From Zestosphaera tikiterensis (GTDB lineage: Archaea; Thermoproteota; Thermoprotei_A; Sulfolobales; NBVN01): a stretch of 32,000 nt of DNA. The translations under genes and the position numbers were made by a program. How positions within the stretch are numbered: position 1 is the first letter of the stretch; every line of letters begins with the position of its first letter. Under the pieces are notes generated by a model, which was not told the origin of the DNA, did no database searches, and saw nothing but the letters and a program-made list of their open reading frames with translations. The DNA is taken from the NCBI GenBank assembly GCA_003056265.1, contig NBVN01000002.1, positions 390,001 to 422,000 on the forward strand, read 5' to 3'. Of this stretch, positions 17,908 through 26,710 are shown piece by piece.

Positions 17908-17946
17908 AAAACATTCCGGCTAGGTTAAGACTATTTAAGGGGGTAT

Positions 17947-18879
17947 TTGGTTAGGTTTGAATTGCCTGAAGCTCCTGAAGAAGTTCGTGAGGAGAGTTTA
18001 TGGAAGGCTTTGGAGGTTTTTCTTACGTACTTAGAAGGGACTGGGGCATCGCCTAAAACAGTTAAGGCCTATAAGCACGGTATTAAAGACTTCATTAAAT
18101 TTATTAATAAAGAGAAGGTTAAAGACCTAACGCCTGAAGACTTCAACAAATGGAAGCTTGAGAGATTGAGGAGCGGGTTTATTAAAGGTAGTAAGGATAA
18201 GAGGAGGATTCAAACGACTCTGCACTACTACTCACTTTACGTAAGATCTTTCTTAAGTTGGTTAGGTATTGTTAAGAAAGCTCCAGCTGTAGCTAGACCT
18301 AAAGGGAAGAAGGTAATACAAGCGCTTTCAAACGAGGAAATCTATAAAATGCTTAACGCCTCTAGAGATATTCTCGACCTACTCATACTTGCGCTAATGT
18401 TTGAAACTGGTTTGCGGGCGCAGGAACTCTTATCACTTAACGTGGAAGACATCAACTTAAGCACTAAGGAAATATTAGTTAAAAACGCTAAGTTCGGTGA
18501 GGAAAGGATAGTGTTCTTTGGTAGCTTAAGTGAGAAAGTACTTAAAGAATACCTCAGTAGGTATGGTGTAAACCAAGGTAAGCTTATAAACATAAGCTAT
18601 AACGGGCTTTATAAAAGGCTTAAAACTCTAGCTAAGAAAGCTGGCGTGGATCCTGCTAAAGTAAGGCCTCATATTTTAAGACATACATTCGCTACGGAAG
18701 CTTTAAGAAGAGGTGTTAACATCATAGCTCTGCAGGCGTTATTAGGTCATAAAGACTTGAAAACCACTCAAGTATATCTACACCTCCTTAAGGAAGATCT
18801 AAAGAAACTTTACGAAGCAGCATTTAACTACACACCGCAAACGCTTAACGTAAGCAACGCTGCGATATCCAACGCCTGA
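17947..18879 (+). CDS. xerA: Tyrosine recombinase XerA
   Basis: ETGLRAQELLSL (Arg box I), HILRHTFAT and LLGHKDLKTTQVYLHL (box II with catalytic Tyr). TTG start with an AAGGGGG SD. Confidence 0.85.
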   Translation: MVRFELPEAPEEVREESLWKALEVFLTYLEGTGASPKTVKAYKHGIKDFIKFINKEKVKDLTPEDFNKWKLERLRSGFIKGSKDKRRIQTTLHYYSLYVRSFLSWLGIVKKAPAVARPKGKKVIQALSNEEIYKMLNASRDILDLLILALMFETGLRAQELLSLNVEDINLSTKEILVKNAKFGEERIVFFGSLSEKVLKEYLSRYGVNQGKLINISYNGLYKRLKTLAKKAGVDPAKVRPHILRHTFATEALRRGVNIIALQALLGHKDLKTTQVYLHLLKEDLKKLYEAAFNYTPQTLNVSNAAISNA

Positions 18880-19031
18880 TTTTCAACAACCAGTGAGCTT
18901 GAATTTAAGATAATATGTTGTTGGTTAGTAAGTTAAAGCGATGTCCAGACCCGAACCCCTTACTTAAGGGGAGTTAATATGATTAAAGCTTATAACTCTT
19001 GGTTTCCTTAACCTTTAGAGAAGGTGGTGTG

Positions 19032-19682
19032 ATGCCTGAGTTTAAAGTGGTGGTTTCCGATCCTGAGGCTGGAGAACCAAAACCTATTTTAGTTAAGGTC
19101 GTCAGCAGCAATGATTTAGCGTATGAAGAACAGCACAAAACAGGTAAGGTCTTACCCATATGCAGGGTCAACCCTAAAACCGCTGAATTAATTAAATCAC
19201 CTTACGGGATATGCACGTTAAGGATCTGGAAGAATAAAGCCACTAAAGAGAAGGTAAACCTAACCGTGAAACTTGTTACAGACCCTTCAATACCTGAAGA
19301 CGTGGCTGTCGTTCCTGCGAACTTCTTAAGTGAGAAAATCGGAGCTGAAACAGTGTTGGGGGAGCTTTTCAGAGCTAACTCGTTCCAAATAACGTTAACC
19401 GACGACAAAGCTAGGGTATTCTTAGGCAAGAAAATAGGTGATTTTGTTGAAGCGTCCATCGTCGGCTTGCCCGCTGGTAAGAAGTTATTAATAACGGGAG
19501 GCTCTGATAATACCGGATTCCCGATGTTACCAACGCTGCAAGGAGGTGTTAAAAAGGCTTTATTACTTGAAGAACCACCAGGTTTCCACCCTCAAGATAA
19601 AGGCGAGCGTAGGAGAAAATACGTTAGAGGAAACACAATAACTGAGGAGATAGTGCAGATAAACACTAAGTTAGTCAGCTAG
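19032..19682 (+). CDS. rps6e: Ribosomal protein eS6
   Basis: MPEFKVVVSDPE N-terminus, GGSDNTGFPM motif, RRRKYVRGN. I prefer ATG 19032 with a GGTGGTG SD; the track start is 18999. Confidence 0.85.
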   Translation: MPEFKVVVSDPEAGEPKPILVKVVSSNDLAYEEQHKTGKVLPICRVNPKTAELIKSPYGICTLRIWKNKATKEKVNLTVKLVTDPSIPEDVAVVPANFLSEKIGAETVLGELFRANSFQITLTDDKARVFLGKKIGDFVEASIVGLPAGKKLLITGGSDNTGFPMLPTLQGGVKKALLLEEPPGFHPQDKGERRRKYVRGNTITEEIVQINTKLVS

Positions 19683-20105
19683 CATAACCTTAGCTTTAAC
19701 CATAGCTTCCTTAAAACTTGGGCAATCAACTCTTTCACCTACTTCAACGACCTTAACTATAGCACCGTCTGTGATTAACTGCGTGTCGCATAAACTCTTT
19801 AAACGACATTTACTGTCGCAGAAAACCTTCCTATATTTGAACTTAAGACCTTCAACCGCGTATTTCTTAGGTATTACGACTTCCACAGGTATTTCCTCAA
19901 CTTCAACGGTTACGACGTATTCGTTTATCTTACATGGGTTTTTAATATTCATTACTTTAACCACTCTATATACGTGGTTAGGTTTCAACTTATCAACGCA
20001 GACACTCTTAAATCTACAATTAACGCATTCCTCACCCGGACGACTTGCTACGAAAGTATAACCTTCCTTAGCCGCTACATAACTTACTAACGTTATTACT
20101 CCCAA
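19671..20105 (-). CDS. UPF0179 family cysteine-rich protein
   Basis: 144 aa with conserved Cys pairs (CVNCRFKSVC, CDSKC, CD..) typical of archaeal UPF0179. TTG start. Confidence 0.6.
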   Translation of the reverse strand: MGVITLVSYVAAKEGYTFVASRPGEECVNCRFKSVCVDKLKPNHVYRVVKVMNIKNPCKINEYVVTVEVEEIPVEVVIPKKYAVEGLKFKYRKVFCDSKCRLKSLCDTQLITDGAIVKVVEVGERVDCPSFKEAMVKAKVMLAD

Positions 20106-20230
20106 CTCACTACCCTCTCTAAATGTAATGTAGAGCCAGCGAAGGTTATAATTTTTATGGGTTTAACGAGCTTGCAACTTAAAGCCTCGCTTTTTAAGGT
20201 GGGGAGAGGGTCATCTTAATCGGATAGCAT

Positions 20231-21289
20231 CTATTCTATAACGCCTGTTCTCCTAGCTAATGCTTCAGCGGCTTCATACGTTAATCCGGTGTCGCCAAGT
20301 ATAGTGTACCTTTCAGGTCTTATCTTATGAGCCATCGTAAGGGCTTCAATTATGTCTACATCTTTAACGCCTAACTCCTTAGCTGTTGTTGGCAAACCAA
20401 TACGTTTTAAAGTGTCTTTAATTTTCCTCCAATTCCTCCCGTGGAGGTAAGACATCATTATAGTCCCTACCGCCACTTGCTCTCCATGCAATGCTGGGTG
20501 GTTTGCTACTATGTCTAGAGCGTGGCTAAATAGATGTTCTGAACCACTTCCCGGCCTCGAAGACCCCGCTATACACATAGCTACGGAAGAGCTTACTAAA
20601 CCCTCGATGATTATGCTCGCTGACTCTACACCACCGGCGGATATCACATCAGCTGACGTGATGACATGCTTTGCTGAAAGCAGGGCAAGTTGAGCTGAGT
20701 AATCGCCGTAATACTCTCCCTTAAGTCTGTGAGCAAGTCTCCAATCAAGCACGGCAGTTAACTTACCTAGTAAGTCACCTGCCCCAGATATTAAAAGTCT
20801 TTTAGGGGCGTTGGAAATCACGTCTAAATCCGCGATTACAGCTACGGGCGGTTTAGCCATAACGGAAGTAACTTTCTCTAAACCTCTTATGGAGGCAAAA
20901 GGTGATGCTATCCCATCATGTGAGGCTGTGGTTGGGACGCTTATGAACGGTATTCCAAGCTCCGCTGAAACATACTTGGCAGCGTCTATAGACTTACCAC
21001 CGCCTAAGCCTATGATGACGTCAGGTGTTCTAACCCTAACCTCATCCCAAACCTCCCTAACATCGCCTACGTTTGAAGACTTAACCAAGCTAACTTCATA
21101 TTCGAAGTCAGATTCATTCAAAACTTCATCTATGACTTTATTGAGTATTTTAAATACGTTAGGACCTGTTACCACGTGTATTTTACGCCCTAGCTTAAGA
21201 TCCTTAATAACTAACGGGATCCTCTTAAGAACTCCACGCCCTACAATCACCTTCTTAGGCAGCTCTATTACGTGCGGGTCCTTCCTCAA
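20231..21289 (-). CDS. egsA: sn-Glycerol-1-phosphate dehydrogenase
   Basis: GLGGGKSIDAAKY and TTASHDGIASPFASI motifs, 352 aa, apparent TTG start. Confidence 0.85.
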   Translation of the reverse strand: MRKDPHVIELPKKVIVGRGVLKRIPLVIKDLKLGRKIHVVTGPNVFKILNKVIDEVLNESDFEYEVSLVKSSNVGDVREVWDEVRVRTPDVIIGLGGGKSIDAAKYVSAELGIPFISVPTTASHDGIASPFASIRGLEKVTSVMAKPPVAVIADLDVISNAPKRLLISGAGDLLGKLTAVLDWRLAHRLKGEYYGDYSAQLALLSAKHVITSADVISAGGVESASIIIEGLVSSSVAMCIAGSSRPGSGSEHLFSHALDIVANHPALHGEQVAVGTIMMSYLHGRNWRKIKDTLKRIGLPTTAKELGVKDVDIIEALTMAHKIRPERYTILGDTGLTYEAAEALARRTGVIE

Positions 21290-21408
21290 CTTAATTACCT
21301 AAACAGTAATTCTCTCTCAAGCTTTTATGCCTGAAACCCATCGTTAACTGCAGGATAACCTATATAACCTATAAGAAACCTTATTAACGGTGTTAAGGAA
21401 GGAGTTTA

Positions 21409-21568
21409 GAGCTGACGGCCCCTGTTGTTTATGGCAGGGGTTCTCCCCCTAGGGCTACCATCACCTCTCTGAAGCCCCTCACCGGGAGTGCATCATCTAT
21501 CAGCTCCCGCCGCCAGCTTCGGGAAGGTGTGGGTCTCATCCCAAGCTACGGTTGCCCACACCCAACCA
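21409..21568 (-). ncRNA. Unclassified structured RNA, copy B
   Basis: Non-coding island with 98/159 G+C by my count, between AT-rich flanks. A TTTATAAG box lies 20 nt upstream of the GGTTGGG 5' end. It contains an 8-bp helix GGUGUGGG/CCCACACC, hairpins GGGAG..CUCCC and GGGG-AGAA-CCCC, and the closing stem GCCCU/GGGGC. It is paralogous to 14430-14590. Confidence 0.6.
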
Positions 21569-21587
21569 TGACTTAATTAAACACAAA

Positions 21588-21595
21588 CTTATAAA
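21588..21595 (-). promoter_or_regulatory. TATA box (TTTATAAG on the minus strand) for RNA copy B
   Basis: An A-rich BRE-like AAAAG precedes it, and it lies 20 nt from the GGTTGGG 5' end. The same octamer precedes locus D. Confidence 0.45.
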
Positions 21596-21640
21596 CTTTT
21601 ATCCCACCTTTAAAAACGAGGCTTTCAGTTTAGAGGTGAT

Positions 21641-22237
21641 ATGTTGATGAACGTTATTCACGGAACAACAACCGTTGGTATGAAGGTAAAGGACGGTGTA
21701 GTAATGGCGGCAGATAAAAGAGCGAGTCAAGGTTACTACATAGCACATAAGAAAGTCAAGAAAATCGTTAAAATAGACGATCACGTAGTTATGTCTATAG
21801 CTGGGTTAGTTGCTGACGCGCAGATCCTAGCATCTCAACTGCAGTACCTAGCTAGGCAACATAAGTATGAATTTGGAAAACCTATATCCGTTAAGTCACT
21901 TGCTTCATATTTGGGTTTACTCCTCAACGCCTATAAATACTTCCCGTTTGAAGTGCAGCTGTTGATAGGTGGTTATGACGACCTGCCAAGACTATATGCC
22001 GTTCAATGGTTTGGAGAATATTTCGAGGAGGACTACTCCGTAACGGGGTCCGGAAGCCCTATAGCTGTTGGGTTAATCGAAAGCAGGTATAGTAGAGACT
22101 TACCCCTTGATGAAGCTGTTAAACTAGCTGTAGAGGCGATAAGAGCTTCAGTTAAGAGGGACGTTTTCAGCGGTGAAGGGGTGGACGTAGCCGTCGTTAC
22201 GAAGCAGTCTGTGAACTTCTTAAGTTTTTCTTTATGA
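21641..22237 (+). CDS. psmB: Proteasome beta subunit
   Basis: A short propeptide followed by GTTTVG (catalytic Thr), then DKRAS. Confidence 0.9.
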   Translation: MLMNVIHGTTTVGMKVKDGVVMAADKRASQGYYIAHKKVKKIVKIDDHVVMSIAGLVADAQILASQLQYLARQHKYEFGKPISVKSLASYLGLLLNAYKYFPFEVQLLIGGYDDLPRLYAVQWFGEYFEEDYSVTGSGSPIAVGLIESRYSRDLPLDEAVKLAVEAIRASVKRDVFSGEGVDVAVVTKQSVNFLSFSL

Positions 22238-22253
22238 AGGGGGATTGACATAA

Positions 22254-24191
22254 GTGGCTCTTCAAGATAAGGTTAGACGTAAAATCGTTGAAGAGATCTT
22301 CAAGAACGTACCGCCAGAGGCTAAAATAACTAAAATCGAGTTTGAAGGCCCTGAGATAGTAATATATTTGAAGGATGTTAAATCCGTTATAGAAAATGAA
22401 GAAGTCATTAAATCAATAGCTAAGGTAATTAAGAAGAGGTTGGTCGTTAAAGTCGATGAAGACTCAAGGAAAAAAGAGAAAGACGCCGTTAAAACAATAC
22501 TTAGCTTAGTTCCACCTGAAGCTGGTGTTGAGGAGGACGACATAACTTTTGACGACGTACTAGGTGAGGTGATGATTAGAACTCCAAATCCGCAAATATT
22601 CTTTAAAGATAGGAAGGCTCTCTACAATAAGATATTCGCCGAGACCGGATGGAGGCCTAAAATAGTTAGGAAACCACCCCTAAAATCAACTATCTTGGAG
22701 TCAACACTTAAGTATTTGATAAAGCAATCTGATGAGAGGCGTGAGGTCTTAAGATACGTAGGTGAGAGGATACATAGAGACACTTTATTTAAAGATCCTT
22801 ATGTACGAGTAACGGCTTTAGGCGGTTTCCAAGAGGTTGGGAGGTCAGCAATACTAGTTGAAACTCAAGAGTCTAAAGTCCTTCTAGACTTCGGTTACAA
22901 CCCATCAGCACCCTCCCTCAAGCAATCCATGCCTAGGCTTGACGCATTAGGCATTTCCTTAGAGGATATAGACGCTGTTGTCGTCACGCACGCCCATTTA
23001 GACCACTGCGGTTTAGTCCCCCTACTATATAAATACGGTTACGAAGGACCTGTATACACAACCCAAGCTACTAGAGACCTTATGGTGCTTCTACAGTTAG
23101 ATCTTCTAGACATATCTAAGAAGGAGGGGAAACCGCTTCCATACGATCTTAGGGATGTTTATAAAGCGTTACTTCATACCATAACGCTTAAATACGGTGA
23201 GGTTACGGACATAGCTCCGGATATTAGGTTAACGTTCTATAAAGCAGGTCACGTATTAGGTTCTGCGATGGCGCATTTACATATAGGGGTTGGACTCCAT
23301 AACATAGTTTATACAAGCGACTTCAAATACGGGAAAACCAGACTCTTAGATGAAGCCAATAAGGAATTCCCTAGAGTGGATACGTTAATAATGGAGTCAA
23401 CCTACGGCAATGCTAAGCAGTTACCTAGGGATGAAGCTGAGGAGAAGTTTATAAGCGTTATAAACGCGACAATAGAAAGGAAGGGTAAGGTTTTAATACC
23501 TACTTTAGCTGTGGGACGCGCTCAAGAAGTCTTAGCTGTGCTGGCGTTCGCTATGGAGGAAGGTAAAATACCTGAAGTTCCCGTATATATTGAAGGTATG
23601 ATAAATGAGGTAACGGCTATACATACAGCATATCCTGAACTGTTATCAAGCGAGATAAAAGACAAGATAGAGGAGGGTAAGAATCCATTCCTACATAAAT
23701 CCTTCAAGATAGTTGAGTCGGGGAAGCCAAGAACGGAAATCGTAGATTCCGACGAACCAGCAATAATACTAGCTACTTCTGGTATGCTTACAGGCGGTCC
23801 GGCAGTAGAGTACTTTAAGTTTATGGCTCCAGACCCTAGAAACACCATAATCTTCGTTAACTACCAAGTTGAAGGTACGTTAGGTAGGAAGGTAAAGGAT
23901 GGGTTAAAGAGCGTTAACCTAGTTGTTGAAGATAAGATAGAGACCTTAACCATAAACATGCAGGTTGAGGCTATCGAAGGCTTTTCAGGGCATTCAGATC
24001 AAGACCAGCTTATAAACTACTTAAAAGACTTAACACCTAAACCGAAGAAGATCATATTAAACCATGGAGAAGCTGAAGCTACGAACAGACTTTATATGGA
24101 AATTGAAAAACGAATAAAGAGTAAAGAGTTACCTGCCGGTATAGAGGTCTATAAGCCTAGGGTTTTAGATGCTTTATCCCTAGTTATATAG
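22254..24191 (+). CDS. aCPSF1: KH-domain beta-CASP metallo-beta-lactamase ribonuclease
   Basis: 645 aa with N-terminal KH-like repeats, the HAHLDHCG motif and beta-CASP segments. GTG start with an AGGGGGA SD. Confidence 0.9.
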   Translation: MALQDKVRRKIVEEIFKNVPPEAKITKIEFEGPEIVIYLKDVKSVIENEEVIKSIAKVIKKRLVVKVDEDSRKKEKDAVKTILSLVPPEAGVEEDDITFDDVLGEVMIRTPNPQIFFKDRKALYNKIFAETGWRPKIVRKPPLKSTILESTLKYLIKQSDERREVLRYVGERIHRDTLFKDPYVRVTALGGFQEVGRSAILVETQESKVLLDFGYNPSAPSLKQSMPRLDALGISLEDIDAVVVTHAHLDHCGLVPLLYKYGYEGPVYTTQATRDLMVLLQLDLLDISKKEGKPLPYDLRDVYKALLHTITLKYGEVTDIAPDIRLTFYKAGHVLGSAMAHLHIGVGLHNIVYTSDFKYGKTRLLDEANKEFPRVDTLIMESTYGNAKQLPRDEAEEKFISVINATIERKGKVLIPTLAVGRAQEVLAVLAFAMEEGKIPEVPVYIEGMINEVTAIHTAYPELLSSEIKDKIEEGKNPFLHKSFKIVESGKPRTEIVDSDEPAIILATSGMLTGGPAVEYFKFMAPDPRNTIIFVNYQVEGTLGRKVKDGLKSVNLVVEDKIETLTINMQVEAIEGFSGHSDQDQLINYLKDLTPKPKKIILNHGEAEATNRLYMEIEKRIKSKELPAGIEVYKPRVLDALSLVI

Positions 24192-24292
24192 TTGAGCGAA
24201 ATAAAACATTCAATATGCCGCGAGTTAGGGAATGCTTCAAATTCTTTTAACGTTTAATTTCATGACGGCATTTAATTAATGGGTGTACGTAC

Positions 24293-24829
24293 GTGGTTTG
24301 GAATGAAGTAAAAAGGGCAGTGTTTCCAGGGAGGTTTCAACCTATACACTTAGGGCATATGAATGTAATACTTTGGAGTTTAGATAAAGTTGATGAGTTG
24401 ATAATAGCCATAGGTACAGCGCAGGAGTCCCACACGTTAGTTAACCCGTTTACGGCGGGTGAGAGGGTTTTTATGATTAGAGAAGCTTTAAAAGAGTTTA
24501 ACGTCGACTTAAGTAGGGTGTATATAATACCTGTTCCAGACATACTAATGAATTCCGTTTGGCCTAACTATCTTCAAATGTACGTTCCTAAGTTTCACTA
24601 CGGCATAGCTAGGAATCCACTAGTTATTAGGTTGTTTAGGGAAGCGGGATATGAGGTTTTAATACCTCCACCTTACGAAAGGGGTTTATACTCCTCAACA
24701 ACCATAAGGAAGCTTATTCTATTAGGCGACAATAGATGGAAAGAACTCGTGCCTAAGTCTGTAGCTCAAGTGATTGAAGAACTTAAAGCTACAGATAGAA
24801 TACGTGAAGTTGCGGGCATAGATAGGTAG
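24293..24829 (+). CDS. nadM: Nicotinamide-nucleotide adenylyltransferase
   Basis: GRFQPIHLGH nucleotidyltransferase signature and SSTTIR motif. GTG start with a GGGTG SD. Confidence 0.85.
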   Translation: MVWNEVKRAVFPGRFQPIHLGHMNVILWSLDKVDELIIAIGTAQESHTLVNPFTAGERVFMIREALKEFNVDLSRVYIIPVPDILMNSVWPNYLQMYVPKFHYGIARNPLVIRLFREAGYEVLIPPPYERGLYSSTTIRKLILLGDNRWKELVPKSVAQVIEELKATDRIREVAGIDR

Positions 24830-24858
24830 GATAGCTTAGGTGAGGGTTAGAAACAGCT

Positions 24859-25920
24859 ATGTTGGTTATAGATGGTTCTTACGGTGAGGGAGGAGGACAA
24901 ATACTTAGAGTTGCTTTAGCGTTATCATGTATCTTAGGCGTTGATATTAAAGTAGAGAGGATTAGGGCTAAGAGGGATAATCCCGGTCTACGACCTCAGC
25001 ATTTAACAGCCGTTAAAGCTGTAAGTGAGTTATGCCATGCTGAAGTTGAGGGTCTGAACGTAGGTTCTCAAAGCCTGGTTTTCAAGCCTGGAAGCATTCG
25101 CGGGGGTTTATTCAAATTTAACATAGGTACAGCCGGCTCGATAACTTTAGTTCTTCAGACGTTACTTCCGGTTATGGCGTTTAGTCATAGCCCAGTAGAA
25201 GTAGAGTTAATCGGGGGTACAGACGTTCCGTGGTCACCGCCTATAGACTACGTTAGATATGTCTTACTACCTCACTTAAGTAAGTTAGGTTATGAAGTTA
25301 ACCTAACCCTAGTTAGACGTGGTCATTATCCTAAAGGAGGCGGTTTAGTTAAGGTTAGAACTGTAAACCAACCTAGAGGCTTTAACGCTATAGTACTCGA
25401 TAGGAGAGGCGATGTTTCATTAATTAAGGTTTTCTCGCATTGTGTTAAACTACCTAAGGATGTAGCTGTAAGGCAAGCCAACGCAGCTGAGAAAACCCTT
25501 AAGGATGCCGGCATTAAAGCTCCCCTTGAAGTAAATCTGGAGTTTTACGAACCTAATAAAGACCCTCACTTAGGCCCCGGATCAGGTGTGGTGTTAGTAG
25601 CTCACGCGGGTGATGCTATCTTAGGTAGCGATGCTTTAGGAGCTAAAGGTAAGAGGGCTGAAGTAGTAGGTTCTGAAGCGGCTGAGAAGCTAATTAAAGA
25701 TTTAAATACTAATGCCGCGTTAGACACGCATATGTCCGACAACATACTCATATATCTGTCCCTATCTAAAGGTAAGTCAGTAATAACTGGTGCTGAGTTA
25801 AGTATGCACGCTCAAACAGCGTTGTGGGTTATAAAGCAGTTTATCGACGTAGAATATGTTATAAGCGGTGAGTTAGGCAATCCATTTAAATTAGAGATAC
25901 TTCCACGTACTTCAACGTGA
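24859..25920 (+). CDS. rtcA: RNA 3'-terminal phosphate cyclase
   Basis: IDGSYGEGGGQILR N-terminal signature, 353 aa. Confidence 0.9.
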   Translation: MLVIDGSYGEGGGQILRVALALSCILGVDIKVERIRAKRDNPGLRPQHLTAVKAVSELCHAEVEGLNVGSQSLVFKPGSIRGGLFKFNIGTAGSITLVLQTLLPVMAFSHSPVEVELIGGTDVPWSPPIDYVRYVLLPHLSKLGYEVNLTLVRRGHYPKGGGLVKVRTVNQPRGFNAIVLDRRGDVSLIKVFSHCVKLPKDVAVRQANAAEKTLKDAGIKAPLEVNLEFYEPNKDPHLGPGSGVVLVAHAGDAILGSDALGAKGKRAEVVGSEAAEKLIKDLNTNAALDTHMSDNILIYLSLSKGKSVITGAELSMHAQTALWVIKQFIDVEYVISGELGNPFKLEILPRTST

Positions 25921-25969
25921 TGTGTTGAGAGCTTATATACATGTCTAAAATTATTCTTTGGTGTGTGGA

Positions 25970-26710
25970 ATGGCGTTTAAGAACGGCGACATGCTACTAG
26001 TAAACTACTCGATATACGTTAAAGATAGTGGAGAGTTAGTCGACACTACAGACGAGAACGTGGCTAAACTTCATAAGAAATTCGAGGAAGGGAGGATTTA
26101 CGAACCTGAACTAGCTATAGTGGGTGAGGGAAGATTCATTAAGGGATTCGAAGAAGCTTTATCTAACGCTGATGAGTTAGGTAGAACTTACGAGGTTGAG
26201 ATACCGCCTGAGAAAGGTTATGGGGAGAGGGATCCTAATAAAGTTCGCGTATTACCCACCAGAGCTTTTATCAGAAGTAATATAACCCCGGAAGTCGGTA
26301 AGGAAGTAACTATTGATAACATGGTGGGTAGGATAATATCGGTTTCTGGGGGTAGGGTGACGGTAGATTTTAACCATCCCTTAGCTGGTAAAACCCTACT
26401 CATAAGATTTACTGTGGTGAAGAAGTTAGATGACTTAATCGAGAAAGTTAAGTATTTAGTTAAGAGAAGGGTGAGAAGGGCAAGCTTAGAAAGTATTAAA
26501 GTAACGTATAGAGAGGATTCTAACTCCGTGGAGGTTGAGTTACCTAAGGAATTTAGGTTGGATGAAAACATTCAAATAGCTAAATACTTAATATCAAGGG
26601 ATATCAGTAGGTGGATAAACCAGGTGAAGGAGGTAGTTTTCATCGAAAGGTTTGAATCATCTGAATTTAAGTTAGGTGAATCTGTTGAGCAACCTAAAGA
26701 AACAGCCTGA
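25970..26710 (+). CDS. FKBP-type peptidyl-prolyl cis-trans isomerase (long archaeal type)
   Basis: GYGERDPNKV and NHPLAGKTL motifs. I prefer ATG 25970 (GGTG SD 6 nt upstream, TTATATAC box further up); the track start is 25958. Confidence 0.8.
   Translation: MAFKNGDMLLVNYSIYVKDSGELVDTTDENVAKLHKKFEEGRIYEPELAIVGEGRFIKGFEEALSNADELGRTYEVEIPPEKGYGERDPNKVRVLPTRAFIRSNITPEVGKEVTIDNMVGRIISVSGGRVTVDFNHPLAGKTLLIRFTVVKKLDDLIEKVKYLVKRRVRRASLESIKVTYREDSNSVEVELPKEFRLDENIQIAKYLISRDISRWINQVKEVVFIERFESSEFKLGESVEQPKETA

Noticed and set aside
17947-18879. The tyrosine recombinase could mark an integrated virus, plasmid or genomic island.
   Set aside because: The sequence and size fit chromosomal XerA. The flanking genes are core housekeeping (PhoU-like regulator, rps6e). 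There is no tRNA target, no direct att repeats and no viral or plasmid genes.
20811-21302. A long antisense ORF (163 aa) lies inside egsA. Similar shadow ORFs include 716..1012, 1229..1660, 6296..6703, 9910..10230, 12016..12318, 23522..23848 and 26218..26571.
   Set aside because: Each lies fully within a well-supported gene on the opposite strand and has low-complexity Ser/Thr/Leu/Pro-rich composition. None has an independent start context.
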